Positions 11,294 through 18,396 of a DNA stretch of 64,000 nt are shown here, in pieces (positions within the stretch are counted from its first letter, which is position 1; the number at the start of each line of letters is the position of its first letter). The stretch is from the NCBI GenBank assembly GCA_963819215.1, contig CAWFVK010000009.1, positions 209,267-273,266 on the forward strand, given 5' to 3'. Source of the DNA: an uncultured Actinomycetota bacterium (lineage in GTDB: Bacteria; Actinomycetota; Actinomycetes; Prado026). The notes under the pieces are model-generated. The model saw nothing but the letters and a program-made list of their open reading frames with translations, ran no database searches and was not told where the DNA came from. Both the position numbers and the translations under genes were made by a program.

Positions 11294-11390
11294 GGTCAGG
11301 TAGATTGACCACATAGTCAGGTACCCTGACCACAATGTCAAGGAACTACCGTTCGCCGAAGTCGTCAGGTGTCCTGACCGACCTGTCAGG
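11294..11390. promoter_or_regulatory. Divergent cupin/MarR control region with repeated GTCAGG-N3-CCTGAC inverted repeats
   Basis: Perfect 6-3-6 palindromes gtcaggtaccctgac (11316-11330) and gtcaggtgtcctgac (11364-11378). An imperfect ggtcaggtagattgacc sits at 11294-11310 and an extra cctgtcagg at 11382-11390. All lie in a locally AT-richer spacer. Confidence 0.55.
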
Positions 11391-11398
11391 ATGGCCAG

Positions 11399-11845
11399 GT
11401 GGAGGACAACCCGGGGCTTGACATGCTGGCGCTCTTGCTGATGGCGTCGTCGACCCTGGTGGATGCCCTGCACGAGGGCGTCGTCGCCCGCGGTTTCGCC
11501 GACGTACGCCCGGCCCACGGCTTCGTGTTCGCCCGGCTCACGCCGGACGGGGCGACGGTCACCGAGCTCGCCGAGCACCTCGGCATGACCAAGCAGGCGG
11601 CGAGCGAGATGGTGGCCGAGCTCGAGGCCAAGGGCTACGTGCTGCGGACCCGGTCGACCGGTGACGCGAGGGCGCGGCTGGTGACCTTGACCGAGCGCGG
11701 CTGGGACTGCACCCGGGCGGCCACCGAGGCGGCCGACGACGCCGCTCGGCCCTGGCTGGACGCGTTGGGTCCCGCTCGCAGCGCCCAGCTGCGCGCGAGC
11801 CTGCTCTTGGTGGGGGGCGGCGGCAGGCTCCGGCCGACCTGGTAG
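11399..11845 (+). CDS. MarR family transcriptional regulator
   Basis: Contains HGFVFARLTPDGATVTELAEHLGMTKQAASEMVAELEAKGYVLRTRSTGDARARLVTLTERG, a winged helix. The start could instead be in-frame ATG 11423. Confidence 0.85.
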   Translation: MEDNPGLDMLALLLMASSTLVDALHEGVVARGFADVRPAHGFVFARLTPDGATVTELAEHLGMTKQAASEMVAELEAKGYVLRTRSTGDARARLVTLTERGWDCTRAATEAADDAARPWLDALGPARSAQLRASLLLVGGGGRLRPTW

Positions 11846-11905
11846 TCGTTCTCGGCAGCGGACGGCCAGCGAGCTACCTCATTCAGGCAGCGAGGACGTG
11901 AGGAG

Positions 11906-11978
11906 TGCCCCCGGCAGGATTCGAACCTGCGACACACGGTTTAGGAAACCGTTGCTCTATCCCCTGAGCTACGGGGGC
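11906..11978 (-). tRNA. tRNA-Arg (anticodon CCT)
   Basis: Manual cloverleaf on the minus strand: GCCCCCG-TA-GCTC-AGGGGATA-GAGC-A-ACGGT-TTCCTAA-ACCGT-GTGTC-GCAGG-TTCGAAT-CCTGC-CGGGGGC-A. CCA is not encoded. Confidence 0.9.
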
Positions 11979-12082
11979 GGGACGTGCTGACTTGCCTGCA
12001 GAAACTCAGCGGGATGTCCGAGTTGGCACGAGAGGGCGTCGTCGCGGTGATTCTAGGTGATCATCGGTGAGCAGCGACGCCA

Positions 12083-12547
12083 TCAAGTGGGCGTCGTGGC
12101 GGCGTCCTGGTCGTCGCGGGCGGCTTCGGCATTGGACTGCAATCGGGCCAGGAGCCCTTCGAGGGTGTTCAGCTCGGTGGGGTCGAGGCCGTCGCGTAGC
12201 TGTTCGTCGAACGCCGTTGCGGCGGCGCGAAGTTGCGCGAACATGGCCTGGCCTAGGTCGGTGAGTGCCACCTGGTGGACTCGCCGGTTGTTCGGATCGC
12301 GCGTGCGGGTGAGCAGGCCCGCTGCTTCCATCCGGTTGAGGTGATGGGTGAGCGTTGGCCCTTCGACCCCGACCGCCTCGGCAAGGTCGCGCTGCGCGCC
12401 GTGCTCGCGGGCCACGATCGAGACGAGGACCAGCCACGTCGACAGCGACCCGCCAGCGGCGTGAAGGGCCTGGTCAAAGGCTCGACTGACGATCTTGGCG
12501 GTCCGCGACAGGTTCAGCCCAAGCGGCTCGCGGTGTGGTCGGCTCAT
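12083..12547 (-). CDS. MarR family transcriptional regulator
   Basis: Contains MSRPHREPLGLNLSRTAKIVSRAFDQAL..GAQRDLAEAVGVEGPTLTHHLNRMEAAGLLTRTRDPNNRRVHQVALTDLG. ATG 12547 is preferred over the longer ORF start at 12607. Confidence 0.85.
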   Translation of the reverse strand: MSRPHREPLGLNLSRTAKIVSRAFDQALHAAGGSLSTWLVLVSIVAREHGAQRDLAEAVGVEGPTLTHHLNRMEAAGLLTRTRDPNNRRVHQVALTDLGQAMFAQLRAAATAFDEQLRDGLDPTELNTLEGLLARLQSNAEAARDDQDAATTPT

Positions 12548-12603
12548 AGTCAGGCAGCCTCGCATCCTTAACCGTGCGGTATACCCGAGACCGAATAAGA
12601 TAG

Positions 12604-12617
12604 ACATCGAACGATGT
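12604..12617. promoter_or_regulatory. Palindrome ACATCG-AA-CGATGT in the AT-rich divergent spacer; candidate MarR operator
   Basis: A perfect 6-2-6 inverted repeat read directly from the sequence, flanked by agatag/atatct partial symmetry. It lies between the MarR gene (12547, minus) and the oxidoreductase gene (12715, plus). Confidence 0.4.
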
Positions 12618-12714
12618 GATATCTATGATTCACTGACCATAGCGCGGCAACGGGGACCAGCGACGACCACGCGTGCCGAGTCGAGACCTGCGCCGGTCCC
12701 GGACAGGAGTAGTC

Positions 12715-13194
12715 ATGACCGAGGTGAATGCGTTCGATGCGACCCGGATGCAGGACAGGGCACGCCGGATGAACCGCATCAACGTCCCCATGCGCTTCAT
12801 CCTTGGGCTACCGTTCCCTACCCCGCTGAGCAGCCAGCTGATGCTGGTGTACCTGACCGGCCGCAAGACCGGCCGCCCCTACCGACAGCCGGTGAGCTAT
12901 GTCCGCGACGGGGACGTGCTGCTGACGCCCGGCGGCGGGAAATGGAAGCTGAACCTCCGCGAGGGCGAGCCAGTCATGATCCGGCTCCGCGGCCGGGACG
13001 TGACGGCCTATCCGGACCTGGTCAAAGACGCCGACGAGGTCGACGGGCTGCTGCAGCACATGGTGACGCGGAACAAGCGACTGACCTCGTTCGTGCCCTT
13101 CATCGACCGAGACGGTCTGATCGACCGAGCGAAGATGCAGGTGGCGCTTGAAAACGGCTTCGGCATCGTCCGTTGGCGTCTCGCCCCCCACTGA
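12715..13194 (+). CDS. Nitroreductase-family deazaflavin (F420)-dependent oxidoreductase-like protein
   Basis: MTEVNAF..RMNRINVPMRFILGLPFPTPLSSQLMLVYLTGRKTGRPYRQPVSYVRDGDVLLTPGGGKWKLNLREGEPV resembles the DUF385/FDOR signature (TGRKSG..R..P). ATG 12715 follows GGAG. Confidence 0.6.
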   Translation: MTEVNAFDATRMQDRARRMNRINVPMRFILGLPFPTPLSSQLMLVYLTGRKTGRPYRQPVSYVRDGDVLLTPGGGKWKLNLREGEPVMIRLRGRDVTAYPDLVKDADEVDGLLQHMVTRNKRLTSFVPFIDRDGLIDRAKMQVALENGFGIVRWRLAPH

Positions 13195-13245
13195 CTACCG
13201 AGGCCCCTTGACTGCCGAGGTCGCTTGACCACCGAGGCCGCCTAG
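13195..13245. repeat. Imperfect 17-bp tandem repeat, 3 copies
   Basis: ctaccgaggccccttga / ctgccgaggtcgcttga / ccaccgaggccgcctag, directly after the stop of the oxidoreductase gene. Copies 1 and 2 match at 14 of 17 positions. Confidence 0.8.
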
Positions 13246-13607
13246 GCTTGCCTCGTTGAACTTCTGGTTGGCAGGGGCCACGGCCGAGTACTGCCAGGCC
13301 TGCGAGGTCGCCCGCCTGGCACTCGGAGAGACGTCGATCCCGAAGTCCGGGACCTCGTCGGGAGTTGCCCACGCAATCAGGCGAAAGGCACGACCGCGGT
13401 CGGCTTCCCATCGCGTCATCCATGACCAGCTGGGGACACGTCCGCTGGGAGAACGTGGGACGAACGGGCACGTCAGACAGCGACGGCGTCGACGCGCAGG
13501 ACGACCCGGTTTGTCCCTGGCCGCCGCGACTGCCAGGGAACCGCTTTCCACAGGCGGTGACGTTGAAGGCGACGGGCCCTCCCCAGGCCTGTCATCATGG
13601 ACATGTT
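13195..13607 (-). other. Coding-like minus-strand segment of unknown product, probably a broken gene
   Basis: Minus-frame pieces (..GNMSMMTGLGRA..NRVVLRVDAVAV* then ..WEADRGRAFRLIAWATPDEVPDFGIDVS..QAWQYSAVAPANQKF) show G/C at most third codon positions, but they need at least one frame change. I recognise no family. Confidence 0.25.
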
Positions 13608-13692
13608 GCCGAGGTCACAGGGTCGCTCGGGAACGTCAACGGGTGCCGCAGTCGTCAAGGTTGCGTAGGCCCACCTCTGGAGGATCCATTCC

Positions 13693-14073
13693 ATGACCGC
13701 GCTCCGCGGCTTCACCCTGAACTCGCACAGCTATGAGTCGGACAAGGGCGTTGCCCCCGCCGAGTCCGAGTCCCGCAGCTACCACTGCCCGGCGGGCCAC
13801 GTCGTGATCCTCCGTTTCTCGGTCCAGGCGGAGGACGTCCCGACCACCTGGGACTGCCCCAAGTGCGGTCGCGTCGCCCACGAGGACCAAGCTGCCGCCG
13901 AGGCGCTGGGCGCGTCCGCGGCCGGTCGCGCACTCGTGTCGCCGCGCTCGAGCGTGACCGGCAAGACGCACTGGGACATGCTCCGTGAGCGTCGCTCGAT
14001 CGAGGACCTCGAGGAGATCCTGGCCGAGCGTCTCGAGCTCCTGCGCGCGGGTACCCGCGCGGTCACCCGCTAG
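13693..14073 (+). CDS. rbpA: RNA polymerase-binding protein RbpA
   Basis: Contains SYESDKGVAPAESESRSYHCPAGHVVILRFSVQAEDVPTTWDCPKCG..KTHWDMLRERRSIEDLEEILAERLELLR, i.e. the zinc-ribbon-like core plus the sigma-interaction helix typical of RbpA. Confidence 0.9.
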   Translation: MTALRGFTLNSHSYESDKGVAPAESESRSYHCPAGHVVILRFSVQAEDVPTTWDCPKCGRVAHEDQAAAEALGASAAGRALVSPRSSVTGKTHWDMLRERRSIEDLEEILAERLELLRAGTRAVTR

Positions 14074-14095
14074 CCGTCTCTCGGCGAGCCTGCCG

Positions 14096-14230
14096 ATGAC
14101 CGATCCCGGTACTCCCGAGCAGACCGCGGACGACACCGACCTCGGCTGGGGTGAGCGCGCGGTCGAGGGTGACCCGGACGACCTCGAGCGATTCCTGGTC
14201 GACCGGCCCCCGCACCACGGCGACGTCTAG
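14096..14230 (+). CDS. Small acidic conserved hypothetical protein
   Basis: MTDPGTPEQTADDTDLGWGERAVEGDPDDLERFLVDRPPHHGDV*. The DDTDxGWGE..PPHH pattern recurs in small actinobacterial proteins, as far as I recall. Confidence 0.45.
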   Translation: MTDPGTPEQTADDTDLGWGERAVEGDPDDLERFLVDRPPHHGDV

Positions 14231-14317
14231 GGCAGCGGGAGCGCTGCCCGCCGGCTCCGGCCGGCTCTGCTCACCACGCTTCTCGGTGGCGCGCCCCCCC
14301 ACGCCGCCCGGGAGCAC

Positions 14318-14356
14318 GAAGGCCTAGCTCACGACCCTGTCGTGCGCTGGGCCTTC
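14318..14356. terminator. Compound hairpin between convergent genes; possible bidirectional terminator
   Basis: The outer stem is GAAGGCC (14318-14324) with GGCCTTC (14350-14356). The inner stem is CACGAC-cct-GTCGTG (14330-14344). There is no clear U-tract. Confidence 0.35.
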
Positions 14357-14381
14357 TGTGCGTCCGCAGGCAGGACGTCCG

Positions 14382-14765
14382 TCAGGAGCGCGTGCGCAGC
14401 GAGTCGCGGATCTCGGTGAGGAGCTGCACCTCCGCCGACAGCGCCACGGCTTCCTCGGACGGCTTCTGGAAGCGCGCCCGCAGCGCGTTCACCGGCACCA
14501 CCACGAAGAAGTAGATCGCGGCCGCGACGATGAGGAAGTTGATCACCGCGGTGAGGATCAGGCCGATGCTGAAGTGCGCGCCGTTGATGGTGAAGGTCAG
14601 GACGCTGTCGAGGTCGGGCTTGCCGAAGATCGCCGCGATGAGCGGGGTGATGAGGCCGTTGACCAGGGCCGTGACCACCGTGGTGAAGGCAGCGCCGATG
14701 ACGATGCCGACGGCGAGGTCGACCACGTTGCCCCGCAGGACGAACTCACGAAAGCCCTTGATCAT
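14382..14765 (-). CDS. mscL: Large-conductance mechanosensitive channel
   Basis: MIKGFREFVLRGNVVDLAVGIVIGAAFTTVVTALVNGLITPLIAAIFG.., 127 aa from ATG 14765. The longer ORF-track N-terminus is spurious. Confidence 0.92.
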   Translation of the reverse strand: MIKGFREFVLRGNVVDLAVGIVIGAAFTTVVTALVNGLITPLIAAIFGKPDLDSVLTFTINGAHFSIGLILTAVINFLIVAAAIYFFVVVPVNALRARFQKPSEEAVALSAEVQLLTEIRDSLRTRS

Positions 14766-14814
14766 CTTGGTAGTCCTCACGCTCGAGTGCCCGTGGCGCC
14801 AACAGCCCCAGACC

Positions 14815-15531
14815 CTAGTGGAGTGCGCCTCGGCCCTGCCTCCCAGAGGGCGCCTCGAGCACGAACGACAGGCGGCTGGCGACGGCATCGATCGCCAGCG
14901 CGCTGGCCTGCGCGGGGCTGACCGCCAGCGTGACGAGGGCGCCGTCGAGCGCGTCGGTCGGCGAGCCCGCTCCGGCGGCGCTCGCCGGCACGGCCAGCAC
15001 CACCGCACCCGGGACCACGAGGCCGCCTGCCTTCGCGCCGTCATCGCTCGCCGACGCTGTCGCCGCAGAGCCACCGGCTGCCTCCGGTGCCGCAAGGACG
15101 TCGACCCGGTCGCCAGGAGCAAGCAGGGCGACCGAGGCGGCGTCTGCGATCCGTACCGGAGCGGCCACCAGCCCCTCGCTGCCGACGAGCAACGACGCCC
15201 CTGCCAGCCGGGCGTCGGTGAACGCCTCACCCCGCCGCATCCCGCCAGCGAGGGTGTGGCCGACCAGGGCGAGCGGCGGAGCGGGGTGCGCCGTCGGGCA
15301 CGACCGAGGCGGGGACTGCGAGCGGAGCGATGTCGTCAGTGGACAGGGTGACACCAGCGGCGAGGTCGTGGGCACGCGACGAGCACGACCGTGGTCGGCG
15401 TCGCAGCGCTTCTGGACTGGGGAAGTGCGATCACGCCCCGCCGCCGCGACCAGCGCCACGGCCAGCGCGCGGCGGCGGCCGCGACTGAGCCGCCGGCCCG
15501 TGAGAAGTCGGCGGCCGAGCGAGGGGCTCAC
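14815..15531 (-). pseudogene. SAF domain protein (CpaB/RcpC-like) with three frame changes
   Basis: After the N-terminal TM, the plausible sequence VIALPQSRSAATPTTVVLVA / RAHDLAAGVTLSTDDIAPLAVPASVVPDGAP / LALVGHTLAGGMRRGEAFTDARL is spread over three frames, switching near 15437, 15385 and 15290. The C-terminal part is intact. Confidence 0.65.
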
Positions 15532-15588
15532 GGCAGCGTGAGCCGCGGGGTCAGCCCGTCGAGCGCATGGCCGCAGGGACAGGTGCGT

Positions 15589-16347
15589 TCAGTGGGCAGG
15601 GTGGGGACGACCGAGGTCGAGCAGGCACTTCAGCTGTTCGATGCTCTGCGCGAAGACCGCCATGACCTCGTTGTGGGTGACGCCATGGCCCTCCTCGACG
15701 CCCGCGTCGAGGTCCGTCACCAGCGCGATGCACGTGTAGCAGAGCGCGAGCTCGCGGGCGAGCGCGGCCTCGGGGAAACCGGTCATCCCGACCACGGACC
15801 AGCCGTTCGCCGTGAACCAGCGGGACTCCGCCCGGGTCGAGAACCGCGGACCCTCGATCACCACCAGGGTTCCGCCGTCGACCGGCGGCCAGCCGCGGTC
15901 CGCCGCCGCCGCGAGCACCGCCTGCCGGCCGTCCGGGCAGTAGGGATCAGCGGTCGAGACGTGGATGGCTTCGTCGTCGAAGTAGGTCTGCGCGCGCCCG
16001 CTCGTACGATCGACGAACTGGTCAGGGACCACGAGCGTGCCAGGTCCGAGCTCGGGTCGAAGGCCGCCGACGGCAGACGGTGCCAGAACCTGGCTGACGC
16101 CGAGCGACCGGAGCGCCCACAGGTTCGCGCGGGACGGGATGCGGTGCGGCGGGAACTGGTGGTGCTCGCCGTGCCTCGGCAGGAAGGCCACCGACCGGCC
16201 CTCGATCTCGCCCAGCATGACTGGCGCGCTCGGCGGCCCGAAGGGGGTGTCGACCTCGACCGGTCTCAGGTGGTCGGCGAGGGCGTAGAAGCCTGAGCCG
16301 CCGATGATCCCGATCTCGGCGGCCCCGGGGGAGCTGGCTGAAGACAT
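15589..16347 (-). CDS. mtnP: S-methyl-5'-thioadenosine phosphorylase
   Basis: Contains IGIIGGSGFY..VAFLPRHGEHHQFPPHRIPSRANLWALRSLGV..VVGMTGFPEAALARELALCY. Intact at 252 aa. Confidence 0.9.
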   Translation of the reverse strand: MSSASSPGAAEIGIIGGSGFYALADHLRPVEVDTPFGPPSAPVMLGEIEGRSVAFLPRHGEHHQFPPHRIPSRANLWALRSLGVSQVLAPSAVGGLRPELGPGTLVVPDQFVDRTSGRAQTYFDDEAIHVSTADPYCPDGRQAVLAAAADRGWPPVDGGTLVVIEGPRFSTRAESRWFTANGWSVVGMTGFPEAALARELALCYTCIALVTDLDAGVEEGHGVTHNEVMAVFAQSIEQLKCLLDLGRPHPAH

Positions 16348-16407
16348 GGCGTGAGGCTATCCGCGGGGGTCACCGCGGCTGCCGGGCACCTGGCCCGGCT
16401 GTGGACG

Positions 16408-16819
16408 TCAGGAGGTGCTGGGGCTTCCTGTGGACGAGCTGGAGGCCGTCTTGGCCGCGGGAGTCGCGGCCTTGGTGCTGCTTGACCCCGAGTCCGACCC
16501 TGACCCGGACCCGGAGCCCGACCCGGACCCGGACCCGGCCCGACCCGCCATCCGACTTCGCCTCCGACGTGCCGCCGGACTTGCCCTCGGACTTTGAGTC
16601 ACTCGAGGCCGCCGGGACGGAGCTGCTCTTCTTGCCGTTCTCCGCCCGGCTGTCCGTGCGGTAGAAGCCGGAACCCTTGAACACCACGCCCACGGCGGAG
16701 AACACCTTGCGCAGCCGGCCGCCGCACGCGGGGCAGACGGTCAAGGGGTCGTCGGTGAACGACTGGAACTGCTCGTGCGGCTCGCCGCACTCGGTGCAGA
16801 GGTACTGGTAGGTCGGCAC
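16408..16819 (-). pseudogene. FmdB-family zinc-ribbon protein with a Gly/Ser-rich tail; frame broken inside a hexanucleotide repeat
   Basis: GTG 16819 follows AGGAG and gives (M)PTYQYLCTECGEPHEQFQSFTDDPLTVCPACGGRLRKVFSAVGVVFKGSGFYRTDSR. The natural-looking tail GSGSGSGSGSGSGSDSGSSSTKAATPAAK..STS* (stop at 16408) is in a different frame from the ORF that runs to 16370. Confidence 0.75.
16490..16549. repeat. GACCCG-type hexanucleotide microsatellite encoding (Gly-Ser)n on the minus strand
   Basis: gagtccgaccct gacccg gacccg gagccc gacccg gacccg gacccg gcccgacccgcc. The unit at about 16538 (cggcccgac) is 2 nt shorter than the parallel cggagcccgac, and this coincides with the frame break in fmdB. 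Confidence 0.8.
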
Positions 16820-16888
16820 GCAACGACTCCTGGTCTCGCCACATCCTGGTCGAGGCCACGACACAGCTGGCAGCCGCAGGTGCTGGTA

Positions 16889-16929
16889 GGCACAGTTGGC
16901 ACTCATCGACCCTGAGTGCCAATTGTGCC
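16889..16929. promoter_or_regulatory. Long near-perfect inverted repeat in the divergent fmdB spacer
   Basis: ggcacagttggcactca (16889-16905), loop tcgaccc, tgagtgccaattgtgcc (16913-16929). The arms complement at 16 of 17 positions. The one mismatch is a G-T, which would be a G-U wobble only in a plus-strand transcript. Confidence 0.5.
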
Positions 16930-17080
16930 ATGCCGTGGAACTCGCTCGCACGGCCACCGCCCGGGTCACCCGGGCGCCGCACGTATCACGCGGTTGCTCG
17001 GAGCATCTTCTGAGTCGTCGAGGCACTCCGGTCGCTCGACCCGGCAGCCGCCCAGCCGTCCAGCTATGCAGGAGCCCGTC

Positions 17081-17254
17081 ATGTACCAGCCACCCGTCGC
17101 AGTCCTCGGCACCAAGATCGCCGCCGGAGCCGGCACCCTCGCGGTGCTCCCGCACACCGGCGCCCTCGGGGTGGTCTGGCTGTGCGTCGCCGGATTCACG
17201 CTGACCATGGCCGGACTCGCCGTGCTCCAGCTGCTCCCGCGCAGGCAGGCCTGA
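17081..17254 (+). CDS. Candidate 57-aa membrane peptide carrying an LPxTG-like sorting signal
   Basis: ATG 17081 sits 6 nt after GGAG. The product is MYQPPVAVLGTKIAAGAGTLAVLPHTGALGVVWLCVAGFTLTMAGLAVLQLLPRRQA*. Almost every codon ends in G/C. The LPHTG, hydrophobic stretch and RR tail together mimic a sortase signal, but there is no obvious N-terminal signal peptide. Confidence 0.35.
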   Translation: MYQPPVAVLGTKIAAGAGTLAVLPHTGALGVVWLCVAGFTLTMAGLAVLQLLPRRQA

Positions 17255-17346
17255 CGCAACGATGTCCTGCGTTGTCAGGACATTGGCGAACAACCTGTCA
17301 TGAACAGAGGATTGACAGGGATTGTTGCAGCCGGTAACAAAGCCCG

Positions 17347-17547
17347 ATGGCAGCATCGGAGGAGTACCGCAGGCTGCTCGACCTCGAGTACGACATCGAG
17401 CGCAGCTTCCCGCAGGTCCCGCGTGACAAGGTCCACGCGGTCGTCGAGAACGAGTGGATGCAGTACCTGCACGCGCCGGTACGCGACTTCATCCCGGTGC
17501 TCGTCGGGCGCCGGGCCCGCGGCCTGCTGCAGGCGCTGTCGAAGTAG
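17347..17547 (+). CDS. Small helical protein resembling the three-helix-bundle dimerization domain family
   Basis: MAASEEYRRLLDLEYDIERSFPQVPRDKVHAVVENEWMQYLHAPVRDFIPVLVGRRARGLLQALSK*. The ..VRDFIPVLV.RRAR pattern recalls the N-terminal domains of actinobacterial LMW-phosphatase-like proteins. This is from memory only. Confidence 0.4.
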   Translation: MAASEEYRRLLDLEYDIERSFPQVPRDKVHAVVENEWMQYLHAPVRDFIPVLVGRRARGLLQALSK

Positions 17548-17610
17548 CGGTCGCACCGCCTCGTCACCAGGTGGGAGCACCACGGCGCCGACTCGCGCCT
17601 GACTCGACCC

Positions 17611-17678
17611 GGTTCGGCCGCGCTTCCTGGTTCGGCCGCGCTTCCTGGTTCGGCCGCGCTTCCTGGTTCGGCCGCGCA
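17611..17678. repeat. Perfect 18-bp tandem repeat, 3.8 copies (VNTR)
   Basis: The unit ggttcggccgcgcttcct occurs at 17611, 17629 and 17647, with a partial copy at 17665-17678. The array ends 21 nt before the probable DUF1345 start. Confidence 0.95.
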
Positions 17679-17698
17679 TGGGCGGACAGGATGAGCCC

Positions 17699-18358
17699 AT
17701 GACCTCCTCCACGGACCCGGGCCCGACCTTCAGCCGGCGTCAGCGGGCCTCGGCGGGGATGCGGCTGACGGCGGCCGTGCTGATCGGGTTGGTGGTCGGC
17801 GGCAGCTGCGCGCTGGTCATGGACTGGCGCACCGCGGCCCTCGTCGCCTGGATCGTCGCGGCGTTGCTGTTCCTCGGCTGGACGTGGGCGACCGTCTGGC
17901 CGCTGACGCACGCGCAGACGATGGCCCTGGCCCGGCTCGAGGACCCGTCCCGACCGGCCGCCGACCTCGTGCTGCTGTTCGCCGCCGTCGGCAGCATGGT
18001 GGCGGTGGCGCTGGTCATCTTCCACGCCCAGGAGTCGGGCTGGGCGCGCACCGTGCTCGGGGTGGTCTCGGTCATCGCCTCGTGGGCCGTCGTCCACACC
18101 GTGTTCATGCTGAAGTACACCCGGCTGTACTTCATGGACCCGGTGGGCGGCATCGACTTCAAGTCCGACGAGGAGCCCGTGTACAAGGACTTCGCCTACG
18201 TGGCGTTCACCGTGGGGATGACCTACCAGGTGTCCGACACCGACATCGGGCGACGGGCGATCAGGCTGACGATCCTGCGGCACGCCCTCCTGTCGTTCTT
18301 GTTCGGGACGGTGATCATCGCGGTGACGATCAACCTGGTGGCCGGGCTCGGCCACTAG
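17699..18358 (+). CDS. DUF1345 domain membrane protein
   Basis: Contains MTSSTDPGPTF..RLTAAVLIGLVVGG..FMLKYTRLYFMDPVGGIDFKSDEEPVYKDFAYVAFTVGMTYQVSDTDI. ATG 17699 has an AGGA 7 nt upstream; the ORF track starts at ATG 17678. Confidence 0.75.
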   Translation: MTSSTDPGPTFSRRQRASAGMRLTAAVLIGLVVGGSCALVMDWRTAALVAWIVAALLFLGWTWATVWPLTHAQTMALARLEDPSRPAADLVLLFAAVGSMVAVALVIFHAQESGWARTVLGVVSVIASWAVVHTVFMLKYTRLYFMDPVGGIDFKSDEEPVYKDFAYVAFTVGMTYQVSDTDIGRRAIRLTILRHALLSFLFGTVIIAVTINLVAGLGH

Positions 18359-18396
18359 CCGAGCGGTCGGACGCGCGCCGCGGGAGGATGCAGGGC

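Noticed and set aside
11846-13692. An integrative element or prophage remnant at tRNA-Arg
   Set aside because: I found no integrase, recombinase or phage genes and no direct repeat of the tRNA 3' end. The islet also lies on the 5' side of the minus-strand tRNA. Only compositional oddity remains.
16889-16929. TGGCAC inside the hairpin as a sigma-54 (-24) promoter element
   Set aside because: Actinobacteria are not known to encode sigma-54, and no matching -12 TTGC element sits at the right spacing. The motif is part of a long inverted repeat.
17611-17678. The 18-bp repeat array as a CRISPR array
   Set aside because: The copies are directly adjacent with no spacers, the unit is too short, and no cas genes are present in the window. 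It is a plain tandem repeat.
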